Shown here in pieces: positions 8,972 through 16,778 of a stretch of 64,000 bases of DNA. The stretch comes from a candidate division WOR-3 bacterium (GTDB lineage Bacteria; Hydrothermota; Tepidihabitantia; Tepidihabitantales; Tepidihabitantaceae): positions 1 through 64,000 of the forward strand of contig CBFGKH010000009.1 in assembly GCA_965649295.1 (NCBI GenBank). Reading direction: 5' to 3'. Numbering within the stretch: the first letter of the stretch is position 1; each line of letters begins with the position of its first letter. The translations under genes and the position numbers were made by a program. The notes under the pieces are model-generated. The model was given only the letters and a program-made list of their open reading frames with translations. It had not been told where the DNA came from and did not search any database.

Positions 8972-10111
8972 CTAGCCAGTTGGCTTCGGCGGAAGGCGTT
9001 TCTTCCAGCTATTGAAGGCTTGAGCAACGACTCGGGCGACTGTGCTGGCGACAACCGGGTCATGGAGGCGCGGTGCTGTTCGAGCGATTTCGGCCTGCCA
9101 GGCGGCTGAGTCGGTGCCGTGCTCGATTGCAATGGCAAAGAGCTTGTCAAACCAGTAGAGGTAGTGTCGGCGGATTGCGAAATCGAGGTGCAGTCCTTCG
9201 AGATAGGCGTCACCGGCGTCGCGCATCATCAGCCGGACAAGTTCGGCAGCCTTGTCGTATTCGTTCTGCGGTTGCAGTTCTTCGCGTTCGAGTCGCGTCT
9301 CAGCTTTTTCAACGCGGGGAGCGCGACCGGCTGTCTGGACAATTTGTTCCTCAGTCGGCTTCCAGTCAAGCCGGCCGGTGCGCAATAGCTCGGAGTGAGC
9401 CTGGGTAGCAGCGGTAAGCATGGCGGTGACAACCGGTGCCGGGAGGCCACCTTCCCTTGCCCTTTGTTCGGCTCGATTCAGAGCAAGGCGGCGGCGTTGT
9501 TCGGAGGCGTAGTGGCGAGTGAGAATCCCGAAAAATCGGCGGCCAATGGTGGCAGCCTGCCGTCGTTCCCTCTTCGGTAGTTCGGACCCTAACTGCACCA
9601 GCGTGGTATAGAGCTTCTGTTCGAGTACCTCATTCCAGTTGGCTTGGATGAAGGAGCGAACAATACGGCGGACTCGCTCTTCGGGCGTGACAATGCGGCT
9701 TTGCCGCAGGCGGTGACTGGCCGCTGCTTGTTCGTTGTCGGCTTGGCTAGTCCTCTGTTCCCAGCGCAGCAGCGTTCGTCTCTCAGCAGGTGGCAGCGAC
9801 TGGAGTAGTTCGGCAACCCGCTGGTCACCTAGTTCGTAGAGGAGCGGTTTCTTTAGTGTGTAACTGTCGAACAGGTCAGCCAGTTCGCTTATGCTCGCAC
9901 TACAGGCGCGCAGATAGTCGGCGAGCAGGCTGACTGACGGGTGGGCTACCTTGCCCCGTTCGAGCCGGGCAAGCATTGTGAATGTACCGGGTTCTGGCCT
10001 GGCCATCAGCATGGCTAGTCGCCGTAGGCTTAGGCCGCGGCGCTTGCGCAGGTGGCGCAGCCGCGCACCTAGCTCTTGGGAAAAGAGAAACGTCGTTCTT
10101 TGGTAGCGCAC
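8972..10111 (-). CDS. XRE-family HTH protein with long uncharacterised alpha-helical C-terminal region (about 379 aa)
   Basis: N-terminal LGARLRHLRKRRGLSLRRLA..M..LARLERGKVAHPSVSLLADYLRAC is an XRE HTH; GTG at 10111 is the probable start (the ORF track extends it to 10144). Confidence 0.8.
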   Translation of the reverse strand: MRYQRTTFLFSQELGARLRHLRKRRGLSLRRLAMLMARPEPGTFTMLARLERGKVAHPSVSLLADYLRACSASISELADLFDSYTLKKPLLYELGDQRVAELLQSLPPAERRTLLRWEQRTSQADNEQAAASHRLRQSRIVTPEERVRRIVRSFIQANWNEVLEQKLYTTLVQLGSELPKRERRQAATIGRRFFGILTRHYASEQRRRLALNRAEQRAREGGLPAPVVTAMLTAATQAHSELLRTGRLDWKPTEEQIVQTAGRAPRVEKAETRLEREELQPQNEYDKAAELVRLMMRDAGDAYLEGLHLDFAIRRHYLYWFDKLFAIAIEHGTDSAAWQAEIARTAPRLHDPVVASTVARVVAQAFNSWKKRLPPKPTG

Positions 10112-10146
10112 AGTGGTCTGTGTACTTAAAAGTATACAGACCACTG
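10111..10146. promoter_or_regulatory. 36-bp near-perfect palindrome (candidate operator/hairpin) abutting the HTH gene start
   Basis: CAGTGGTCTGTGTACTT-AA-AAGTATACAGACCACTG: 17-bp arms with one mismatch; contains a minus-strand TATACT at 10131-10136. Confidence 0.75.
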
Positions 10147-10222
10147 GCTTGGTTTTCTAGCCTATCCCTTGATAGCTCATGGAGTTGAACATTCCGAGCA
10201 GAACTTGAGGCCCCATCCCCGG

Positions 10223-10498
10223 GACAGTCTGGGGGATTGCTCAGGGAACCGTGCCCCAAGCGGTTTGCTCGACTGTTGCTGGGGCTGTGCGGAGAGCTGT
10301 TCCTTGGGTGGTCTGGAGAACAGTTTGCTAGGGAGCCGGTTCAGCTCTCTCTGGCATAGTTAGATGGGCAGCTTGCTCCTGCGCTGGGCAGTAGGCTATC
10401 GGCACCATTCTATGGGCCGTGAGCCGAGTGGTTTCTTCGGCTGTCCCTAGCAGGGTGGCAAAGAGGACTGTGCGGGTTGTTCCATCAATGCTGTCCGA
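10223..10498. repeat. Degenerate 12-bp-period array (RRY-N-GYY heptamer + 5 variable nt), about 23 units
   Basis: Heptamers at 10223+12n: GACAGTC, GATTGCT, AACCGTG, AGCGGTT, GACTGTT, GGCTGTG, AGCTGTT, GGTGGTC, AACAGTT, ...; 19/23 units have GY at unit positions 5-6 and 16/23 begin with RRY. Confidence 0.8.
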
Positions 10499-10504
10499 CC
10501 GCGG

Positions 10505-10532
10505 TTGACATCAGGCTGGAAATGCCTAAGTT
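10505..10532 (+). promoter_or_regulatory. Promoter of GT4 gene (leaderless)
   Basis: TTGACA-N16-TAAGTT-N6-GTG. Confidence 0.6.
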
Positions 10533-10538
10533 GAGGGC

Positions 10539-11705
10539 GTGGCGCGAACCCTGTCCATCTGTCAGGTTTCGGCTGCCTATTATCCGTATCCTTCGGGGCT
10601 GAGTGAGCACGTCCATCATCTTACGGCGGCCTTGCGCGAGCGTGGTCACCAGGTCGAAATCCTGACAACCTCGTTTGGCGACGACGGTCCGCCGGTTGCT
10701 GGCGTGACCAGGTTCGGTCGGGCCTGGCTAGTTTCTCTAAACAAGTCCTACGCGACCGTGCCGGTTGGGCTGCGTCTGCCAGGTCAGGTGAAGCGGTTTC
10801 TGATTGAGCGGCGATTCGACATTCTGCATCTGCACGGCACCTATCCGCCCGATATCTCGTTCTGGGCGTTGAAGTACGCTCGCGTGCCGACGGTCGTTAC
10901 ATTTCATACCGTTGGGTTCAGTGTCAACCGTTTGAGTGCGGCAATAGTGCGTCGGTTGTTGGGAAGATTCAATGCCAAGCTCGGTGGCAGAATTGCTGAG
11001 ACCAGGGCTGCCTATGATTTTCAGCGTCAGTTCTTTCCCGGTGAGTACCGGTTGATACCACCAGGGGTTGATACGTCTCGGTTCAACAGTCGTGTCGAAC
11101 CCTTAGCAGCATTGCGGAGCGATGGTGGGCCGATTGTTCTTTTTGTCGGAAGGTTGGATGCAAGAAAGGGGTTGCCGGTGCTACTCCGGGCTTTTGCGAT
11201 GTTGCGAAACGAGATACCGTCAGCGCGACTGGTAGCGGTCGGTCGCGGGCCACAGTTTGCTGAGTGCCAGCGATTGGCCAGTGAATTGGGTGTAGCTGAC
11301 CGGGTGACTTTTGCGGGATTCGTGCCGACCGAGCTGTTGCCGCGTTATTATGCATCGGCTGATGTCTATTGTTCGCCGGCGCTTGGTGGTGAGGCTTATG
11401 GAATTGTGCTGGTTGAGGCAATGGCCGCAGGGGTACCGGTCGTTGCTTCAGACATTGCTGGCTATAATGAGGTTGTCAGGGATGGAGTGACTGGGCTGCT
11501 GGTGCCGCCAGGGGAGAGTGAGAGCCTTGCCAAGGCGTTGGTCCGGTTGCTTGGCGATGCTGAGCTTCGTGCTCGGCTGGTCAAGGCAGGTCAGGCACAG
11601 GTCGAGCAGGTTTCGTGGCCGCGAATTGCCGAACAGGTCGAGCGATACTACTTTGATATCATTGACCAGCAGGGTTCAGACCGAAGAGCGGGCTGCCAAG
11701 CTTGA
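10539..11705 (+). CDS. GT4 glycosyltransferase, PimA (phosphatidyl-myo-inositol mannosyltransferase)-like
   Basis: FVGRLDARKGL and GGEAYGIVLVEAMAAG.PVVASDI.GY (ExxGxxxxE) motifs; VVTFH. Confidence 0.85.
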   Translation: MARTLSICQVSAAYYPYPSGLSEHVHHLTAALRERGHQVEILTTSFGDDGPPVAGVTRFGRAWLVSLNKSYATVPVGLRLPGQVKRFLIERRFDILHLHGTYPPDISFWALKYARVPTVVTFHTVGFSVNRLSAAIVRRLLGRFNAKLGGRIAETRAAYDFQRQFFPGEYRLIPPGVDTSRFNSRVEPLAALRSDGGPIVLFVGRLDARKGLPVLLRAFAMLRNEIPSARLVAVGRGPQFAECQRLASELGVADRVTFAGFVPTELLPRYYASADVYCSPALGGEAYGIVLVEAMAAGVPVVASDIAGYNEVVRDGVTGLLVPPGESESLAKALVRLLGDAELRARLVKAGQAQVEQVSWPRIAEQVERYYFDIIDQQGSDRRAGCQA

Positions 11706-11776
11706 CTTCTGCCAACTTACGTGCTGGAATTGTATGTTGGCCTGCAAGTGACGTTCTCGGGAAAGGAGGATTCCCC

Positions 11777-11977
11777 ATGGCTGACAGAGCGTACAGTCCG
11801 TTCACCTATAGCCCAGATGAAACAGATGAGCCTAACGACCTGGTTGTTCGAGCCAGTACAAGGTCACCCGAGAGTCATCAGAGCCGCAGCCGGCGACATG
11901 CCGAGGAGGCTGAGGACTGGTTGGAGGCAGAGCAGGCGCTGAAACGTAAGGCAACATCTGCCGATTCAACGGGTTAG
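11777..11977 (+). CDS. Small DUF2934-like protein (66 aa)
   Basis: Strong SD (GAAAGGAGG) before ATG 11777; C-terminal EDWLEAEQAL resembles the DUF2934 DWxxAE motif; followed by a hairpin. Confidence 0.6.
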   Translation: MADRAYSPFTYSPDETDEPNDLVVRASTRSPESHQSRSRRHAEEAEDWLEAEQALKRKATSADSTG

Positions 11978-12001
11978 TTAGCTGGCGGTAGCCAATCTGC
12001 T

Positions 12002-12041
12002 CCGGTGGTGGCAAGTTCGGAGGCCACCGCCGGTCGCTTTT
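12002..12041 (+). terminator. Putative intrinsic terminator
   Basis: CCGGTGGTGGC-N10-GCCACCGCCGG stem followed by TCGCTTTT. Confidence 0.5.
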
Positions 12042-12113
12042 GGCAGCAGGCAAATGAGAGGCTGGCTCTAACATTCTTGATTGTCGGCCTGGTAACAGTA
12101 AGCTATTGGACTT

Positions 12114-13052
12114 GTGAATCCCATTACTGTTCTGGCAATTGGCGGCAATTCGTTGATTCGTGCCAAAGATCGAAGCTCGTTTGCCGACCAGCTCGCCACT
12201 GTTGCCGATACCTGTCGGCATATTGCCGACATAGTGGAGTCAGGCAATGAGGTGGTAGTCACTCACGGCAATGGGCCACAGGTAGGGTTCATTCTGATTC
12301 GGTCGCACCTGGCGCGGAGTCGCTTGCCGGAGATACCTTTCGATGCTTGCAACGCTCAGACCCAGGCTGAGATTGGCTACATGATTCAGCAATCCTTGGA
12401 CAACGAGTTCCTGCGGCGAGGCGTCAAGAAGTCAGTGGTGACACTCGTTACTCAAGTGGTTGTTGATCAGAATGACCCAGCATTTGGCTGTCCGTCCAAG
12501 CCGGTGGGTCCCTTCTACACCAAGCGCGAGGCAGCAGTACTCGAAAAGGAACTTGGTTGGGCTGTCCGTGAGGATGCGGGCCGTGGCTTTCGGCGACTAG
12601 TCCCATCGCCACGGCCGATTGACGTGATTGAACGAACTGAGATTGTCGCGCTACTGGAAAGGGGTACTGTCGTGGTGGCGTGTGGCGGGGGTGGGATTCC
12701 GGTTGTCAGGGAGAACGGCCAGTTGCGTGGTGTCGCGGCAGTTATTGACAAGGACCTGGCATCGAGTCTGCTTGGCGGTGAGGTAGGAGCCAGGCGGCTG
12801 GTGATATCAACCGCCGTGGAGACAGTGTGCTTGAACTACGGGCAGCCGAACCAGCAACCGATTCGCGATGCCCGGGCTGACGAGATGCGGAATTATCTAG
12901 CTGATGGTCAGTTCCCAGCTGGCAGCATGGGGCCCAAAATTGAAGCGGCGCTCGACTTTCTCGAAAGAGGTGGTGAAGAAGTCATTATTACTGACCCCGA
13001 GCATCTAGCCGCAGCTTTGGCTGGTAGAACGGGGACGAGGATTAGGGCCTAG
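12114..13052 (+). CDS. arcC: Carbamate kinase
   Basis: AIGGNSL, THGNGPQVG, PSKPVGPFY, GGGGIPV, VIDKD and GSMGPKIEAA motifs. Confidence 0.96.
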   Translation: MNPITVLAIGGNSLIRAKDRSSFADQLATVADTCRHIADIVESGNEVVVTHGNGPQVGFILIRSHLARSRLPEIPFDACNAQTQAEIGYMIQQSLDNEFLRRGVKKSVVTLVTQVVVDQNDPAFGCPSKPVGPFYTKREAAVLEKELGWAVREDAGRGFRRLVPSPRPIDVIERTEIVALLERGTVVVACGGGGIPVVRENGQLRGVAAVIDKDLASSLLGGEVGARRLVISTAVETVCLNYGQPNQQPIRDARADEMRNYLADGQFPAGSMGPKIEAALDFLERGGEEVIITDPEHLAAALAGRTGTRIRA

Positions 13053-13055
13053 TCA

Positions 13056-14327
13056 ATGCAGCGACACCTAGAGTCAGTGCTTAGTCGTTGGCTGCTGCTG
13101 TGGTTGTTTGGTTTGGGGGTGGCAGCGGCCCAACAATCGATTCTCATCCCAATGGACCTGGTTCAGACCGACCACCTCAAGGCCTACGGTGTGGCCTATC
13201 GGCTGCTCGAACGTGGTCAGAAGGTCGAATGGCTGCTCAATTACCGGGGCGGCTCGTTTCTCTTTCCGTATGACGATGCGGCGGTGCGTGAGTGTCGGTT
13301 GAATGGGGTGCTGTTTCAAGCGCTAGGTCCGGCTGACGTGGTCGGCGTCCGGACAGTGATTGAGCAGAATAACATGGAATCGGTGATGCTCGAACGGCCG
13401 ACACGCGTTGCAGTTTATGCACCACCAACTGCTGACCCTTGGGATGACGCCGTTCGGCTAGCGCTTGATTATGCCGGCATCCACTACGACGTACTCTGGG
13501 ACAATGACTTGGTCAAGGGCAAGCTGCGGCAGTATGACTGGGTCCATCTTCATCACGAAGACTTCACCGGCATGTTCGGGAAGTTCTATGCTTCGTACCG
13601 GCATGAACCTTGGTATCAGGCCGAAGTAGCAATCAACAAACGCACGGCAGCCGAGCTAGGTTATGCCAAGGTGAGCAGGCTCAAACTGGCAATGGTCGAG
13701 CTGATTCGGCAATACGTGGCTGAAGGCGGCATGCTCTTCGCGATGTGTTCGGCAACCGATACTCCGGATATTGCCTGGGCAGCTCGTAACACCGATATCT
13801 GCGATGTCGTCTTCGATGGCGACCCAGTTGATCCGGCCTACGCTGCCAAGCTCGACTATAGCGGTTGCATGGCATTTGAGAACTTCACGGTAATTACCGA
13901 CCCGATTACTTATGAGCATTCTGACATCGATACCTACATCGAGGCAACCGCCCGCGGACAGGACGTTTACTTTGCACTCTTTGATTTCTCAGCCAAGTAT
14001 GACCCGGTGCCGTGCATGCTTGTCCAGAATCACGTTGGCCTGGTCAAGGAGTTTCTTGGTCAGAATTGTGGTTTCCGGCGTGGCAAAGTAAAGAAGGAAG
14101 TCGTGGTGCTGGGGGAAGTGGCGAATACCGAGGAGCTCAAGTATATTCATGGTAATTTCGGCAAGGGTACGTTCACTTTTCTCGGTGGTCACGACCCCGA
14201 GGATTATGCCCACCGTATCGGTGACCCACCAACCGACCTTTCCTTACACCGTAACTCACCAGGATATCGGCTCATACTGAACAACGTGCTGTTCCCGGCC
14301 GCAGAAAAGAAACCATTGAAGACATGA
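13056..14327 (+). CDS. Secreted conserved protein (family commonly mislabelled 'asparagine synthetase B'; GATase-like fold suspected)
   Basis: Signal-peptide-like N-terminus; LIPMD..QTDHLKAYG, WLLNYRGGSF, PWDDAV, LHHEDFTG, FAMCSATD and GGHDPEDY motifs of a family I associate with Bacteroidota. Confidence 0.7.
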   Translation: MQRHLESVLSRWLLLWLFGLGVAAAQQSILIPMDLVQTDHLKAYGVAYRLLERGQKVEWLLNYRGGSFLFPYDDAAVRECRLNGVLFQALGPADVVGVRTVIEQNNMESVMLERPTRVAVYAPPTADPWDDAVRLALDYAGIHYDVLWDNDLVKGKLRQYDWVHLHHEDFTGMFGKFYASYRHEPWYQAEVAINKRTAAELGYAKVSRLKLAMVELIRQYVAEGGMLFAMCSATDTPDIAWAARNTDICDVVFDGDPVDPAYAAKLDYSGCMAFENFTVITDPITYEHSDIDTYIEATARGQDVYFALFDFSAKYDPVPCMLVQNHVGLVKEFLGQNCGFRRGKVKKEVVVLGEVANTEELKYIHGNFGKGTFTFLGGHDPEDYAHRIGDPPTDLSLHRNSPGYRLILNNVLFPAAEKKPLKT

Positions 14328-14375
14328 GGCGACAGGCCAGCTCAGCGACTGCAAGAGTGAGTCTAGGGTAGCAGC

Positions 14376-14645
14376 GTGTGTCTAGCAATTCCGCTCCGCG
14401 TTGTCGCACGAGACGGTGACAACGCGATTGGCGAAGTGGACGGTGTTCAGCGTGAGATTTCAGTGCTGATGACGCCCGATGTGCGGGTTGGTGATTACGT
14501 AATTGTCCACGCCGGTTACGCTATTCAGATTCTCGATCAGCAAGAGGCAGAGGAAAACCTGGCGATTCTACGGCAGATGGCAGCCGCTGTTGACCGGCAG
14601 GTCAGCCGGGCGCGACAAGGGCGAGCTGGCAGCCGTAGTGACTGA
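14376..14645 (+). CDS. hypC: Hydrogenase maturation chaperone HypC
   Basis: MCLAIP N-terminus and GDYVIVHAGYAI motif. Confidence 0.95.
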   Translation: MCLAIPLRVVARDGDNAIGEVDGVQREISVLMTPDVRVGDYVIVHAGYAIQILDQQEAEENLAILRQMAAAVDRQVSRARQGRAGSRSD

Positions 14646-14717
14646 TTGAGCCTAGGGTTGGGACAGTGTTGCCCAAAGCATTGACCATTACTGCCGGTTA
14701 GGCTATTCTTCCCATTT

Positions 14718-15695
14718 GTGAAAAAGTTCCGCATTGTCGGCACCGGTCGAGCACTGCCGGAGCGAGTGCTGACCAATTTCGATCTCGAAAAGATGGTGGA
14801 CACCACCGATGCCTGGATTGTCGAGCGCACTGGCATCCGCGAGCGACGGATAGCCGACGCCGAAACTGCGACATCTGATCTGGCGGCAGCAGCGTTGGTG
14901 CGGGCTTGCGAGCAGGCCGGTATCAGTCCGCAGGAGCTTGAGACAATTATTGTTGCGACATCAACCCCGGATACCGTCTATCCGGCTACTGCTTGCTGGT
15001 TGCAAAAGAGGCTCGGCATCGCTGGCAACGCGGCCTTTGATGTCAGTGCTGGCTGTTCTGGTTTCCTCTTCGCGTTGGAAATTGCCGCGAACCTCGTCCA
15101 AAATGGGACGAAGAGCGTTGGTGTCGTTGGGGCCGAGGTCATGTCTAAGGTGGTGAACTGGCAGGACCGCGCGACTTGTGTGTTGTTTGGTGACGGCGCT
15201 GGTGCAGCAGTGGTTGTGCCCGACAGTGGCAGTTGCGGGTTTTTGGCCTCGAATTGGGGCTGTGATGGTAATCTGGCACCGCTACTTTACCAACCGGCTG
15301 GCGGCACGCGTCTGCCAACAAGCGAGGAGACAGTTCGGGCAGCCCAGCAGTTTGTCCACATGGAGGGCAATCAGGTTTTTAGGCACGCGGTGCGGGCAAT
15401 GTGTGACGCCGCGCAGCGGGCACTGACCGATGCTGGTGTCAACGTTGCAGACATCGGTCTTTTCATTCCGCATCAAGCCAACATCAGAATCCTTGAAGCA
15501 GCGCGGGTGCGGTTAGGGGTGCCGCCGGATAAGCAGTTCGTCATCCTGGACCGGTATGGCAACATGTCGGCGGCGACGATTCCGGTGGCGATTGATGAGG
15601 CTCGTGAGCAGGGCCGGATCAAACCCGGCGACCTGGTTCTGCTCACGGCTTTCGGCACTGGTTTCACTTGGGCCGCAGCAGTGCTTCGTTGGTAG
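14718..15695 (+). CDS. fabH: 3-oxoacyl-ACP synthase III
   Basis: RTGIRERR, AGCSGF, LFGDGAGA, HQAN and GNMSAATIP (Cys-His-Asn triad). Confidence 0.95.
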   Translation: MKKFRIVGTGRALPERVLTNFDLEKMVDTTDAWIVERTGIRERRIADAETATSDLAAAALVRACEQAGISPQELETIIVATSTPDTVYPATACWLQKRLGIAGNAAFDVSAGCSGFLFALEIAANLVQNGTKSVGVVGAEVMSKVVNWQDRATCVLFGDGAGAAVVVPDSGSCGFLASNWGCDGNLAPLLYQPAGGTRLPTSEETVRAAQQFVHMEGNQVFRHAVRAMCDAAQRALTDAGVNVADIGLFIPHQANIRILEAARVRLGVPPDKQFVILDRYGNMSAATIPVAIDEAREQGRIKPGDLVLLTAFGTGFTWAAAVLRW

Positions 15696-15746
15696 GTTCT
15701 GGTCCCGATTGACCCGAACCCGGTTTCGGGGTAGTCTTCTTGGCTG

Positions 15747-16517
15747 ATGCCCCAACAATCAAGCCTGCCGGCCGATGGTGTTGACTGGTATAACGCTGCC
15801 GACCTGCTTGCTAGGCTCCGGCGCGTCAATGTGTTCTGCGGCGGTTTCGGTTCGGGCAAGACCGAGGTCGCGGTCAACTTTGCACTCCATCTGGCCCGAG
15901 CTGGGCACCGCTTGAGTATCGCTGACCTCGACATCGTCAATCCTTATTTTCGAAGCCGCGAGGTTCGGGCCCAGATGCGGGCAGCGGGAATAACCGTCAT
16001 CGTTCCGGACGAACGGCTAATCAATGCTGACTTACCAATCGTCCAGCCGGAGATTGGCGGGGCTATAGGACAGAGCCGAGGCTATGTGGTTCTTGACCTT
16101 GGTGGTGACCCGGTTGGGGCTAGAGTGATGTCATCCCTTGCCGGACAGGTTGACAGTCAGGAGTTGACTGGCTACCTGGTGCTGAACTCGCGGCGGCCTT
16201 TTACAGCAACAGTTGCTGCTGCCCGACAGATGCTCGATGGCATCAGGCAGGCCGCGGGCGTGGCGATTAGCGACATTGTCGTCAACTCACACTTGATTGA
16301 CGAGACGACAGCTGCGGTTATTGAAGAAGGTATTGAGCTGGCAGAAGAGCTGGGTCAGTCAACCGGTACGCGGGTGGCGTTTGTGGCTGTAGAACGGCGG
16401 CTGCTGGACCAGTTCGATGCTGCTAGTTGCCGCTACCCGGTGATGGTGCTCGACCGCTTGATGTTGAAACCTTGGGAGCGGTCGAATTGGTTAGGCAGGT
16501 ACCGAATAAACATTTGA
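15747..16517 (+). CDS. P-loop ATP-binding protein (MinD/CobQ-like family found before vor operons)
   Basis: GGFGSGKTE..VN, DLDIVNPYFRSRE, ADLP and DLGGD..GAR motifs. Confidence 0.8.
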   Translation: MPQQSSLPADGVDWYNAADLLARLRRVNVFCGGFGSGKTEVAVNFALHLARAGHRLSIADLDIVNPYFRSREVRAQMRAAGITVIVPDERLINADLPIVQPEIGGAIGQSRGYVVLDLGGDPVGARVMSSLAGQVDSQELTGYLVLNSRRPFTATVAAARQMLDGIRQAAGVAISDIVVNSHLIDETTAAVIEEGIELAEELGQSTGTRVAFVAVERRLLDQFDAASCRYPVMVLDRLMLKPWERSNWLGRYRINI

Positions 16518-16525
16518 GGAGCAGC

Positions 16526-16774
16526 ATGGCAAAGAGTTTCTTAGTAACAATTGAGCGTAACCGTTGTAAGGGATGCGAGTTGTGTACGCATGCCTGTCCG
16601 AAGCAGGTGTTGGCCATGTCAAAGGACATCAACGACAAAGGCTACTTCTATTCGACCGTCGCCGTCCAAGAGAAGTGTATTGGTTGTCGTTTTTGTGCAA
16701 TGGTCTGTCCGGACGTGGCAATCACTGTTGCTCAACTTGAGGATGCGGACTTGGCCACAGTAGCAAAGGAGTGA
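16526..16774 (+). CDS. 2x[4Fe-4S] ferredoxin, delta subunit of 2-oxoacid oxidoreductase
   Basis: CKGCELC..ACP and CIGCRFC..VCP motifs; ATG 16526 after GAGGAG. Confidence 0.92.
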   Translation: MAKSFLVTIERNRCKGCELCTHACPKQVLAMSKDINDKGYFYSTVAVQEKCIGCRFCAMVCPDVAITVAQLEDADLATVAKE

Positions 16775-16778
16775 CGGC

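Noticed and set aside
10169..10363. 64-aa ORF in phase with the 12-bp array (xD/G/S-S/C-x tetrapeptide pattern)
   Set aside because: No convincing SD or promoter, and the periodicity continues past two in-frame TAG stops, so it is not called as a CDS; kept only as the fossil-gene alternative.
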